DNA of 63,998 nucleotides, filler included, from Pirum gemmata (taxonomy: Eukaryota): assembly GCA_002812295.1 (NCBI GenBank). It is 30 parts of 30 records of this genome, joined end to end, with 100 filler letters (N's around TTAATTAATTAA, not from the genome) between each part and the next. Parts side by side here need not be neighbours in the genome. Positions count along the whole stretch, not along the records: positions 1 to 1,966 come from PDIN01009501.1; positions 2,067 to 4,047 come from PDIN01009502.1; positions 4,148 to 6,119 come from PDIN01009503.1; positions 6,220 to 8,216 come from PDIN01009504.1; positions 8,317 to 10,278 come from PDIN01009505.1; positions 10,379 to 12,359 come from PDIN01009506.1; 24 more parts are not named here. One strand, 5' to 3'. Both the position numbers and the translations under genes were made by a program. Under the pieces are notes generated by a model. That model was not told the DNA's origin and did no database searches. It saw nothing but the letters and a program-made list of their open reading frames with translations. Positions 1 to 11,560 of the stretch are shown here, in pieces. Each line of letters starts with the position of its first letter. The stretch's first letter is position 1.

Positions 1-128
1 ACAAAATAAATGAAAAGGAGATAGACTAGATCAAGGACTTCAAGAAAAGGTTCTTTTTTTGAGGTCCTTGACTAGATTCAAAAACCTTGACTGGTTGTTA
101 TTGGGAAAATGATGTATGACATATTAAA

Positions 129-273
129 GGGAGCGTTCAAATAATACGTAACGTCAAGGGGTAGGTAGGTAGGTGGTATTTGACCGGAAATTAACATCGA
201 CGGGTAGGTAGGTAGGGGTATTTGAAGCTTTATTTGACCGGAAATTGGCTTTACGTAGTATTTGAACGCCCCC
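129..273 (+). mobile_element. MITE family A, PIF/Harbinger (Tourist)-like
   Basis: Imperfect TIR GGGAGCGTTCAAATAATACGTAA / TTACGTAGTATTTGAACGCCCCC, with internal (GGTA)n. Several copies abut TAA/TTA. Other full or partial copies near 3253, 3630, 28665-28806, 50012, 50173, 51670, 62135-62278 and 62533. A different element with the same TIR starts at ~3883. Confidence 0.85.
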
Positions 274-301
274 TAATATGACATTTAATTATAAACTAGT
301 A

Positions 302-489
302 TTGTGCTTTTCATTTATTTTGTCACTCCGAATATTTATTTGGTTGTTTATAATATTAAATTGATACTTTTAAATATAAATACATATATAATAAAATATA
401 CCAAATTAAATGAAATGGATTTATATTGTATCAATTTGGTACTCTTTATTGTATATTTTATGACGACAAAATAACTGAAAAGCACGATA
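302..489 (+). mobile_element. MITE family B (~190 bp), the most abundant dispersed repeat
   Basis: TIR (TA)TCGTGCTTTTCA(T/G)TTATTTTGTC...GACAAAATAACTGAAAAGCACGA(TA). More than 15 full or partial copies, e.g. 2232-2410, 19504-19645, 20757-20937, 37060-37228, 38076-38263, a cluster at 47500-48715, 51285-51467 and 54830-55028. TA flanks suggest Tc1/mariner type. Confidence 0.85.
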
Positions 490-642
490 CATTATAATTA
501 TTATACAAATACTCCTGGGGTCTTTGCATCATCACTGTTATTTTTTTGAGTATTATAATAATTATTGGTTTAGGTAGGGTTGGTTTTTGAGTAATTGGTT
601 TAACTGAACTAACAGCAGGAATAATTGGATTAATAGTAATAC

Positions 643-915
643 GGTGAGACAAGCTTCACAGACTGTACTCCAATTGTACTCCACCAGGGGTCGACATTTT
701 TTCGACCTCTATTTCATCATCGTCCAAACCAGCATATTTTTTGCTCAGGTCTTTATGTTATGAATGTTCAAAGCCCTACCAATATCAACACCGACAAACC
801 AAGGGTCGTCTGTAGTGCCAAATACCCTTACATTGATTTGATCATCAAACAAGAACTCAAAGACAGGGTGGATTTGGTTAACATTTTGAGGTTTTTGTTA
901 TCTCTTCAAGTTCAT
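643..915 (-). pseudogene. Bro-N domain (viral BRO/antirepressor-type DNA-binding protein) pseudogene
   Basis: Manual translation MNLKR*QKPQNVNQIHPVFEFLFDDQINVRVFGTTDDPWFVGVDIGRALNIHNIKT*, then after a frameshift YAGLDDDEIEVEKMSTPGGVQ. This fits the Bro-N pattern VRV.G....PWFV..D...AL...N.....LD.DE......TPGG.Q. Stops at 898-900 and 745-747. Confidence 0.75.
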
Positions 916-953
916 TTTCAGTTTTATATACAGCCTTTTACGACTTGGTTTAA

Positions 954-1084
954 TAATAGAGCGGAGTCTCAAAACCTAAAGGTTCACGGTTCCACCCAAC
1001 ACAGTCGCTACCGGGTGACATCCTGCTCTACATCGGAGGTGCTTAGCTGAACGATGTGCGAAAACAACCTCTAGTAGCGAACTA
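954..1084 (-). ncRNA. Candidate structured RNA, omega-RNA/TnpB right-end-like
   Basis: Complementary pairs: TCGCTAC 1005-1011/GTAGCGA 1074-1080; ACATCG 1030-1035/CGATGT 1052-1057; GAGGT 1036-1040/ACCTC 1067-1071; AACCT 973-977/AGGTT 980-984; TAGAGCGGA 957-965/TCCTGCTCTA 1021-1030. Strand and identity are inferred. Confidence 0.4.
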
Positions 1085-1966
1085 TCAGATAATATTTATT
1101 TGGTTGAGGTTTTTGTTATCTCTTCAAGTTCATTTTCAGTTTTATATACAGCCTTTTACGACTTGGTTTAATAATAGAGCGGAGTCTCAAAACCTAAAGG
1201 TTCACGGTTCCACCCAACACAGTCGCTACNACATCGGAGGTGCTTAGCTGAACGATGTGCGAAAACAACCTCTAGTAGCGAACTATCAGATAATATTTAT
1301 TTGGTTGTTTATAATATTTAAATTGATACTGTTAAATAAATAAATATATAATAAAATATACCAAATTAAATGAAGCGGGTTTATATTGTATTAATTCGGT
1401 ACTATTTATTGGCAAAATAACTGAAAAACACGATACTATGAATCATACTGGGTAGCTAATCTTTTTGACAATTCGAGAACAAACGTATTTTTATCAATAT
1501 CTCCAATACTTCTAATACTCGAAAAATATATCTGACTACTATAAGCTTTATACTTTTGGAACAACTTCAAAGTTGTAATAAAAACGTTTTCATTTTCATC
1601 AACTTAATTAACAAAGGTGTCTAGCTAGCTAGCTAGTATCTACCGGGTAGACCTTGTCTACTAAAAAAAAAATTGTCATGAAAACATACACAATAAAAAA
1701 TACTAAACTAATAATATACATATTCTAAGTATGATCTATTTGATACAACTTGAATAATTTGGTTTGTTTTATTATTTATTTATTGAGTTTTAAAATAATC
1801 ATGTTTCTATAGTTTATATGTTGCAAAGTATCAATACCAAATAAATAATCAGAGTAACAATATGCCCTACTAGTCAGCTAGCTACTAGATTAGATTTTTA
1901 ATTAAATGCAAACTAGTTGGGGATAGGGATAGGGTTAGGGTTAGGGTTAGAGTTAGGGTTAGGGTT

Positions 1967-2066
1967 NNNNNNNNNNNNNNNNNNNNNNNNNNNNNNNNNN
2001 NNNNNNNNNNTTAATTAATTAANNNNNNNNNNNNNNNNNNNNNNNNNNNNNNNNNNNNNNNNNNNN
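1967..2066. other. Artificial contig-concatenation linker (first of 29 in the window)
   Basis: N44-TTAATTAATTAA-N44 (stops in all six frames) recurs identically about every 2 kb, with cores near 2011, 4092, 6164 ... 62040. Confidence 0.98.
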
Positions 2067-2733
2067 TATAATAGCTACTATTAATAGAAGCTTTTAAAAT
2101 AGTAGATACTATTTATAGCTATATAAATACTATTTATGGTAACTGCGAAGTGGCGAATAGCCTTCCACTTCACCCCTCGCCCTTAAAAATGTTCGCAAAG
2201 GGGGTGCTCACCCCTCCTCTACTACCACTGCTATCGTGCTTTTCAGTTTTGTCATCATAAAATATAAAATAAATAGTACCAAATTAATACATTATAAATC
2301 CATTTTAATTAATTTGGTATATTTTATTATCTATATATTTATTTAAAAGTGTCAATTTAAATATTATAACCCTCCAAATAAATATTTAGAGTGACAAAAT
2401 AAATGAAAAGGTAACGTTCTTTTTAAATTAATAAAAGACATGCCTTATGTCTCCTAATCTTTTTAATACCTATGCCTCTTTGTCCAAAACACTTTTGGTC
2501 ATAATTTTAAAGTTTATTTTTTAATAATGAATTACTGCCTAAAACAGTTTAAGTCACACTTTCGGGCAATTTTAATAATTAATTACTGCCTAAAACAGTT
2601 TAAGTCACACTTTTGAGCAATAACTTCTATCAAAGAATAAGTGACACGTCCTTTATATGCATAAGACCTATGATACTAGCTCTAGCTAGACCACCCAGCT
2701 AGCTACTAGTAGCTAGCCTAGACTAGAGTCTAC

Positions 2734-3018
2734 TAGACTTCTCCAAATTCTGCCCCTAAAACTCGACTTTCTACTTCTGCCTTCTGCCCCGAAAAGCTTG
2801 ATTTCTGCCGAGCCGAATTTCTGGTCTGTTTGGTCTGTTCGAAATTAATTTTTTCGATTTTATTAATAAATACATAGATTTGAAAATTTCAAACTTACAA
2901 TCTTTTTTTTTTTTTTTTTCAAAAAATTAATTTTTGATCGAGTTAGTGAGGAAAAACACCATTTTGTCATTTCTCGAAAAAGGTCAAATTCTGCCCGGGC
3001 AGAATTCGGAGAAGTCTA
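2734..3018 (+). mobile_element. MITE family C, hAT-like
   Basis: 22-bp TIR TAGACTTCTCCRAATTCTGCCC. Same family as 23598-24192, which has an 8-bp TSD. No TSD is visible on this copy. Confidence 0.8.
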
Positions 3019-3452
3019 ATGAGTAGACCCCTAGCTAGCTAGTAGACTCGTCTATTACCCATCAATCTTACCTATGCCTTAAAACTTTTGGGCATAATTT
3101 GAAAGTTCATTTTAATAATTAATTACTGCCTAAAACAGTTTAAGTCACATTTTTTTAGCAATGACTTCTATCAAAGAATAAGTGACGTTTATGTACTTGC
3201 TAAAAAAACAATGAATCGATCAATTTCTGAATAATGATTTTTTTCTATATAAGGGAGCTTTCAAATAATACGTCACGTCAAGGGGTAGGTAGGTAGCTGG
3301 TATTTGACTGGAAATTAACGTCGAGGGGTAGGTAGTTAGGGGTACTTGAAGCTGTATCTGACCGGACGTAAAAAAAAAAATGATAGAAAAAATGATAATA
3401 TGGATATAAAGTGGGCAATGCATTTTGGTGTAGAAGTCACTCTTGATTGGTG

Positions 3453-3553
3453 AAAATACTTTCCGTTAAAATCGGCCTGGCTTCCTTGGACGAAACCAGT
3501 ATTAAACCCGCTTAAAGGCTAGTATTTGGTGTCTTTAAAGCGGAAAGTATTTT
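3453..3553. repeat. 101-bp segment bounded by a perfect 13-bp inverted repeat (small MITE candidate)
   Basis: AAAATACTTTCCG at 3453-3465 and CGGAAAGTATTTT at 3541-3553. Confidence 0.5.
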
Positions 3554-4147
3554 GTAGTCTAAGTTTCTATTTCAACTGTTTCTACTTTCTAGTCAGCTTT
3601 CTAGTCTATGTTTTTTACAGCCATTTTTCATGTCACGTCAAGGGGTAGATGAGTAGGTGGTATTTGACTGGAAATTAACGTCGGGAGGGGTGGGTAGGTA
3701 GGGGGTATTTGAAGCTGTATTGGTGTTACGTAGTCTTCAAAAACACATGGGAAGTACTGGAATTTAAACGCCCCAAACTTACACAAATAAAAAAGTACAT
3801 GGAATATTGTCCCGTCAGATTTTTCTACCATTTTTAAAAAAAAAAATTTTTTTTTTATTCTATCATATCAATGACTATCATAGGGGAGCGTTCAATAATT
3901 ACGTAACGCCGATTTGGGACAAAAACCTACCCTACTACGTTTGAGAAGGACTACCTACCCCTTATGACGTAACGATTTGGAAAAAATAGTATCCTAAATT
4001 ACCCCTCATGTTATATATAGGGTATTTTTTTTTTGCGTTATGTCATANNNNNNNNNNNNNNNNNNNNNNNNNNNNNNNNNNNNNNNNNNNNTTAATTAAT
4101 TAANNNNNNNNNNNNNNNNNNNNNNNNNNNNNNNNNNNNNNNNNNNN

Positions 4148-4193
4148 CCTCAAAGTTTTAAAGAGCTTTAACGCAAGAAGAAAATTTAAAGGG
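4148..4193 (+). CDS. Ca2+/calmodulin-dependent protein kinase, regulatory-segment exon (5'-truncated by the fragment edge)
   Basis: LKVLKSFNARRKFKG|GTAAAT matches the CaMK calmodulin-binding motif LKKFNARRKLKG. Confidence 0.75.
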
Positions 4194-4765
4194 GTAAATT
4201 GTTTATTGTTAATTAATTGTTATTTGGTATTTGGTATTTGGTATTTGTTATTTGTTACTTGCTAATTGTTAATTGTTAATTGTTAATTATTAATTATTAA
4301 TTGTTAATTGTGAATTGTTAATTGTTAATTGTTGATAATAATAATTGTTATTTGTTATTTGTTATTTGTTATTTGTTATTTGTTATTTGTTATTCGTTGT
4401 TCGTTAATTTTTAATTTTTAATTGTTAATTGTATTTATTGATTATTAGTTATTGATCATTAATTAATCTTTATTTGTTATTTGTTATTTGGTATTGGTTA
4501 ATTATTAATTTTTAATTTTTAATTGATTATTAATTATTAATCAATTGTTAATTGTTAATTGTTAATAATAATAATAGTTGTCATTTATTAATAACAATTG
4601 TAATTGTTAGCGAGAATAATAATAATTGTTAATTGTTAATTGTTAATTGTTAATTGTTAATTTTTAATTTTTAATTTTTAATTGTTGATTGTTGATTATT
4701 AATTATTAATTATTAATTTGTTATTTGTCTATTATTAATTATTAATTTGTTATTTGTTTGTATAG

Positions 4766-4882
4766 ACTGTTATGGCCTTAATAGCAACTAATAGGATGAA
4801 GCATGTATTGGATGGAATAAGGTGTGAAAAGTTATTGGTGGATCTAATTAAAATAGGACTTAATGCTGAAAAACTTCTACCG
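4766..4882 (+). CDS. CaMK next exon
   Basis: TAG|TVMALIATNRMKHVLDGIRCEKLLVDLIKIGLNAEKLLP|GTATTT. Phase 0, continuing the calmodulin-binding helix from the previous exon. Confidence 0.7.
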
Positions 4883-4919
4883 GTATTTTTAATTTTCGCA
4901 TTTTTACATAAGGCTATTT

Positions 4920-5339
4920 GGACTAGCACGGATGACGCCATATTTTTTCCAACAATCGATCGATTCAGGTTGAAGAAAAGAGAATTTCCCTCTCAAAATT
5001 AAATTACTAATTATTGGAAGACTAAGAGTAGTTATGACGTCATTTATTGATTACTCTCGTGTATCCAAAAATGATAATATTATATATGAGAATATATGAG
5101 AGGGGAGTTTACTTTTCCTCTACCTGAAGCGATTGTTGAAGAAAAGAGAATTTCCCTCTCAAAATTAAATTACTGATTATTGGAAGACTAAGAGTAGTTA
5201 TGACGTCATTTATTTATTACCCTCATACATCCAAAAATGGTAATATTATATATGAGAATATATGAGAGGGGAATTTGCTTTTCCTCGACCTGAAGCAATT
5301 GTTGAAGAAAAGAGAATTTCCGGTCATCCACGCTAGCCC
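4920..5339. mobile_element. TIR element (MITE) with an internal ~165-bp tandem duplication, in the CaMK intron
   Basis: CTAGCACGGATGAC...GTCATCCACGCTAG ends. The internal unit starting GTTGAAGAAAAGAGAATTTCC occurs about 2.3 times. Confidence 0.55.
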
Positions 5340-5389
5340 TATACTTTAGTTCCTATGATTTTTACTAGTTATTATTTTTTTTTTTACTA

Positions 5390-5880
5390 ATTTCGGTTTT
5401 TTAGTGTTCGGTTTTTTAGTGTTCGGTTTTTTAGTGTTCGGTTTTTTAGTGTTCGGTTTTTTAGTTTTCGGTTTTTTAGTGTTCGGTTTTTTAGTGTTCA
5501 GTTTTCGGTTTTTTAGTGTTAGGTTTTTTATTGTTCGGGAGTTTTTTTTGTTCAGTTTTTTTTATTATTATTATGTTCGGTTTATTTAGTGTTTGGTTTT
5601 TTTAGTTTTTGGTTTATTTAGTGGTTGGTTTTTTTGTTTTCGGTTTATTTAGTGTTTGGGTGATTTTTTTTTTATTCGGTTATTATTTGGTTTTTTTTGT
5701 TTCGGTTTTTTTTGTTTTCGGTTTATTTGGTGTTTAGTTTTTTTTTGGTTTTCAGTTTATGTAGTGTTTGGTTTATTTTGTTTTCGGTTTATTATTTCGG
5801 TTTTTGTTGGTTTGTTCGGTTTTTTTTTAGTTTTCGGTTTATTTAGTGTTCTATTTTTTTTGTATTCGGTTTTTTATTGG
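5390..5880. repeat. Degenerate 15-mer tandem repeat (GTTTTTTAGTGTTCG)n
   Basis: Direct inspection. Confidence 0.85.
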
Positions 5881-8418
5881 GCTGATAATAATAAATAATA
5901 ATAATAAATTATTATATATATATAGTTAAACATGAAATTCAATGAAACAGATTCAAGTCAATTTATTTCGAAAGAACAATTTGTAAATTGCCTGAGTGCA
6001 ACGGTATACCTAACCCTAACCCTAACCCTAACCCTAACCCTAACTCTAACCCTAACTCTAACCCTAATCCTAACCCAAATCCTAACCCTAATCCTAACCC
6101 TTAACCCTTAACCCTTAACNNNNNNNNNNNNNNNNNNNNNNNNNNNNNNNNNNNNNNNNNNNNTTAATTAATTAANNNNNNNNNNNNNNNNNNNNNNNNN
6201 NNNNNNNNNNNNNNNNNNNTATTATTATTATTGTTATTATTATTATTGTTAATTGTAATCTTGTATTTGTCTATGATTTTGTAGATTTTTTTTATTTAGT
6301 CTATGTAGTTTAGTTTTCGCACATCGTTCTCAGTTAAGTACCATCGATGTATAGCTTACGTTTGGTTCTATAATATAAGAATATAATAAAATATAATAAG
6401 TTAATAATAGTAGACTATATACAATATTATTTAAATTTTCATTACTAGACCTACATCTAAAATAATTGCCAACTTATCTTTTTGTATATTTATAATGGCT
6501 ACAATTATTTGGTTTTGTATGTTTTCTTATTTCTTATGTTTATGAACAGTTTCTAACTATTCAATGATGTTAAACTACGAATACCAAAAAAAAAAAAAAA
6601 AAAAAACGGGAAAAACCATCGAATCGAGACTAGTTCGAAACTTTCAAAAAATTTCGATCTAGTTTTAAGTATTGACTCACTTTTGATTTCATTAAAAATG
6701 CATAAAAATTCTTATTAAAAATTTCATAGGAAAAACTTAAAACTCGAAAAAGAAAGAATATTATTTTAAAATTGTTACTATTTAATAATTAGGATCGAGC
6801 TGTTTGATTCGATTATGTTTCCCCGTATCTCCGAGGGGTTTTCAAGGACAGGTCACACTCACCTTTCTTGTTAATAGAAATCAAATCAAAAGTTTTCAAA
6901 ACATTGAATTATTTGAATAGGCTAACCGATGATTTGAAATTCTATCGTTTTTTTTTTTTTTTTTTTTTACGATAACAACTTCCTCAAAAAAAGTAACCCT
7001 TCCATAACGATTTCTACATTATTTCTATTCCTACACGAAAAATAGTAACAAAATAGTTATTTAAAATTTTTCACATTCGTATAATAATTACAGACACATA
7101 CACATTCTACCTCTTTCTCTCTTCTAACATAAACATTAGTTCCTAGATCGTCTACGAGGGAGAACACAGTTACTAACGAGATTCCTTAATTTTTTACACA
7201 CTCGCATAATTATATAGGCATATATGCTTCCTACCCCTTTCTCTCTTCTGCTCCAAACATAAGTGTCGTCCACTGGTTGTAGTATACACAATTACCAACA
7301 CAGTTCTAGAGATTTTAAACACTTTCATAATGATATAAACACATTAGCATTCTACCCTTTAAATTTTGCACACTTTTGCTATAATCATAGACATATATGT
7401 ATTCTACCCCTTTCTCTCTTTTGGAACAAACATTAGCTGTTATCACTCATCAAGTTACACACAATTACTAACCCTAACCCTAACACCCAACAAGGTGATT
7501 GACCCATTGGTCCAATATACTAAACCTAGGCTTTCCCTGATTCCACAATGAGCAAGGGCGAAGAGGGCGAGCAATAGACAATGATTGATTAAATATATAT
7601 TTTTAAAGTTTTTAGATTATCATTTGAAAATTCATATTATTAAATAGGAAATTTCCTATGTGTAATTATTACGAGTCAGGGTTAAATAATAAAAAAGAAA
7701 ACGAAATACTTATTATTATTATTTCAATCATGAACTACAATACAGTAATAGGATGTGAAAGTAATTATCAATGACAATAATGTCAATGTCAATTTATCAA
7801 CATTACCATAATACCAATATGGATATGAATGAAATACTTCAAAAATCAATATCAGTATAAATGACTAAAATTCGGTATAATTTAAGACTATATGACATCA
7901 TAGCAACTACCCATGGCACAAAATTAAGAATTTTTTCACAATTTTATAAAAACTTTTCAATATCAATATCAATATCATATCAAAAACAATCACCAATTAT
8001 CAACATCGACATCAACATCAACATCGACAATGTAAGTCCAATATTGATATCACAATTAATATTTTTATCCTCATCAACATCAAGCATATTCTTATTAACA
8101 TCATACATACCGTTTTCAATTTTTCTTTTTTTGCTTTTTTTGCTTTTTGGTTTTGGTTTTGGTTTTGTTTTTGTTTTTGTTTTTGTTTTTGTTTTTGTTT
8201 TTGTTTTGTTTTTGTTNNNNNNNNNNNNNNNNNNNNNNNNNNNNNNNNNNNNNNNNNNNNTTAATTAATTAANNNNNNNNNNNNNNNNNNNNNNNNNNNN
8301 NNNNNNNNNNNNNNNNGTAATAGTAATAGTAATAGTAATAGTAATAGTAATAGGAATAGGAATAGTAGTAGTAATAGTAATAGTGATAGTAATAGTAATA
8401 CAAAAATACAAATAACAG

Positions 8419-8551
8419 GGATTTTATTGCTAAACTTAAGCCTACGGAAGATATCCTGAGTGACCCAGAAATCAATTCGTGCTGGGCTGAATTCAAAAAA
8501 ATTGTTAATATTTTAACAACTGCAGCTTCTAGTTACAGCGCAGATCAAAAG
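8419..8551 (+). CDS. Internal exon, product unknown
   Basis: ACAG|G-DFIAKLKPTEDILSDPEINSCWAEFKKIVNILTTAASSYSADQK|GT. Open, complex sequence between microsatellites. Confidence 0.55.
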
Positions 8552-8576
8552 GTTTTTGTTTTTACTTATTGTCCAA

Positions 8577-8626
<50 letters not shown>

Positions 8627-8652
8627 GCAACAACCACAACAACAACAACAAC

Positions 8653-8683
<31 letters not shown>

Positions 8684-8701
8684 ACCACCACAATTGTCCA
8701 A

Positions 8702-8736
<35 letters not shown>

Positions 8737-9146
8737 GCAACAACCACAACAACAACAACAACAGCAGCAGCAACAACCACAACAACCACCACCACCACCA
8801 CAATAACAGCAGCAACGACGACGACGACGACAAGTGGTGGTGGTGGCGGTGGTGGTGTGATTGTGGTGATGGTTTGTTATTGCTATTGCTATTGCTATTA
8901 TGGTTGTTGTTGTTGTTGCTTTAGTTATTTTTGTTGGTGTTATTGTTTTTATTTTACTTTACATTAATATTAATGTTTTTATTTTACTTATTTTACATTA
9001 ATATCATTAATATTAATATTAATGTTCTTTATTCATTTTTATTTTTATTTTTATTTTTATTTTTATTTTGTTTTATATTATTGTTTTAAAGTTTACTTGT
9101 TGTTTGTGTATTCTATTTACTCTGTGTATTTTTCTTTTAGTTTCGA

Positions 9147-9196
<50 letters not shown>

Positions 9197-10034
9197 TATT
9201 ATTATTATAAATGCAATTAATCTAAAGTTGTGTACGTTTTTACTTTTTCATTTGACTCTGACCTAAAAATAAAGATTAGTAATTTAATATTGAAAGTATT
9301 AATCTTATAAATATAAATGATGACGAAGGGTTTGATAAATTTAAAATGTGATTCAAAATGTTTATCTAAACAGTACAATAAAAGCGAAGACGATACAACA
9401 ATTTGTTTGTAAAGATTATGATATTTGAGATGTTATGATTGCTTTGTATGATATAAGTTTATTAAATAACATTTTACGCTAATAAAAATAATACTATTAT
9501 GGAGTACAAATACACTAACGTTAAGTCAACTATGAGCGGATTAGTTAGATGTTAAGGTTAGGTTTCGAGTCTGGGTTTAAGGTTAGGGGTAGGGGTAGGG
9601 TTAGCGTTAGGTTGAATATTTATAGGTTATTTTATTAATATTGCAATAAGATCCTTTATTACTAATATTTTATTTTAATTTGGAAAAAATACCATCACTA
9701 TCTTTGCTTATATATTCTAGATACATTACAAATGTATCTTTTCAATTTTCAATTAACTATTATGTATTCACATTTGTTTGTTTGTTTTGGTTGTGTTTGT
9801 ATTATTTATCCTGCTGATTGCTTTTTTTTTCTATTGATTTAATAATTTCAATAATACTATCTTTATTATCATTACTACAGTCATTACTAGTAGTATCTAT
9901 GTTCAAATCGATGTACAAACAAACGTGAACAATGGTCTACACTGTTTTTTTGGTATTGTTATTGTTATTGTCATTGTTTTTACTTGTTTTGTTGGTATGT
10001 TTTTGAATTTAATTGTTTTTTAGTTTTGCTTTAA

Positions 10035-10195
10035 TTATTCATCACATATAATTTCTAATGAAGGGCTCTGACTGCCTTTTTTGTATTCTTTATTTACCGA
10101 AAAAAATTCAGAACTTTTTCTTCTTCTTCGGGTTATTTCTTGACCTGATATATTTGGTAAAGATTGTGGTCTTTTTAAATCATAATCACCGTCAC
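10035..10195 (-). CDS. Terminal exon, product unknown
   Basis: ATAG|GT-DGDYDLKRPQSLPNISGQEITRRRRKSSEFFSVNKEYKKGSQSPSLEIICDE*. Confidence 0.5.
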
Positions 10196-10544
10196 CTATT
10201 GGAATTTAAAAAAGGCAAAATTATTATTATTATTATTATTATTCTTATTATCAATGATAATAATAATAATAATAATAANNNNNNNNNNNNNNNNNNNNNN
10301 NNNNNNNNNNNNNNNNNNNNNNTTAATTAATTAANNNNNNNNNNNNNNNNNNNNNNNNNNNNNNNNNNNNNNNNNNNNATTATTATTATATATTACATTA
10401 ATTACTATTATTATTATCATTATTATATATTATTATTATTATTATTATTATTATATTATTATATGATATGTTAATTTGTGATATTTATTGAAACAAACAA
10501 ATATAATGTTATGATTCTGCAGTGAATAAATCAGATATTTTGTT

Positions 10545-11560
10545 AATTACAAGTCTGTTCATGTAATTCGCTAACCATACCATAATACGGTAACATTTGT
10601 ATTGGAACCTCATCAGTTATAATTTTACATATCTTTGCTTTTCGGATTACTCTTTCTACGTGTATCCTTGTTGATGCCACTTCTTTTGTCACTAACTTTT
10701 CCTCTTCTGAAACCTGCTGATCCGTTTTTAGAAAAGCAGGTAAATTTTTCTACGTGTACATATCCTTGTTGATACCACTTCTTTAGTCACTAGCTTTTCC
10801 TCTTCTGAAAACTGTTGGTCCGTTTTTAGAAAAGCAGGTAAATCGGCGCGGTTCTCTAAACCACCAAGGTTAGCTCAATTTTGTAGACCCCTTGCCAGCC
10901 ATAACACGTACGAGCTCCAGGTCATAGTCTTTCAGATATTCAGCTCAAGGTCATTGTTAGATATTCTACCACCGTATGGAGGTGTAGCATATGTTACATG
11001 TCCCGTGGGAGCCATAAAAACTAAAGCTTTTGCGGTGTGATGATTCTTGTATAATAATATGAAAAAAACATTCTTTGCAATGCTTCGCTACTTGGTGTTT
11101 GTGCAAAAGTTTGTGGCATCGATTATTAAAGCCGTGTGCTTGTATATAGGGTGATCCTTGAAGCAAGCTTAAGGTAGCATGTTTTCTTCTATCCATTCCT
11201 TGTTCAGTTAATTTATCATACTTAAGTCTTTATGCATGATGAATGAGTGCAGCATTTGCAAGCCTGTTTGAAAATAACGTGTTGTCGTTTGCCTTGAAAC
11301 ATTGAATAAATAACCTAAGTGGTAATAATGAAAATTTTGCCTCAACTTCATAAATGTCAAAAGCATGCCATCTTCATAATCTAGTTTCTTTATTTGCCTT
11401 TTTCCAAAGTGCCATGGCTCTTTTAAACTTGCTTTATCAAGTAGTTCCAAGAAATTATTCAACCTTTCTCGAGAAGGAAAGCCTGTATATTGTTTAATTA
11501 ATGTTTCGTTATTTCGTATTTCATTCAAATTTAGTTTTGTAATCATACCCTCTTTCAATT
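10545..11560 (-). pseudogene. Decayed ISL2EU/Harbinger-group (DDE_Tnp_4 + HTH_Tnp_4) transposase
   Basis: YTGFPS...LLTFMKLRQNFHYYHLGYLFNVSRQTTTRYF (HTH). Then HTAKALVFMAPTGHVTYATPPYGGRIS, VMAGKG (cf. MADRGF) and LPAFL..QVSEEE..TKEVASTRIHVERVIRKAK. Frameshifts and a ~90-bp internal duplication at 10657-10843. Confidence 0.85.

Noticed and set aside
1047..1065. Hammerhead ribozyme (CTGAACGA...GAAA)
   Set aside because: The core has an extra base relative to CUGANGA, and stems I-III cannot be formed.
1104..1307. Apparent tandem duplication of 887-1105, including the structured module
   Set aside because: The copy is identical and is broken by a single n at 1230, typical of a scaffolder overlap artefact. 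The same pattern occurs at 20018. Not counted as an independent copy.
1926..1966. TTAGGG at fragment ends as true telomeres or nanochromosome ends
   Set aside because: The arrays are degenerate, occur internally and in introns, and other microsatellites end fragments just as often. Assembly breaks at repeats explain them.
2011..2022. TTAATTAATTAA repeated every ~2 kb as a possible regularly spaced array
   Set aside because: Always centred between two 44-N runs, so it is an artificial concatenation linker.
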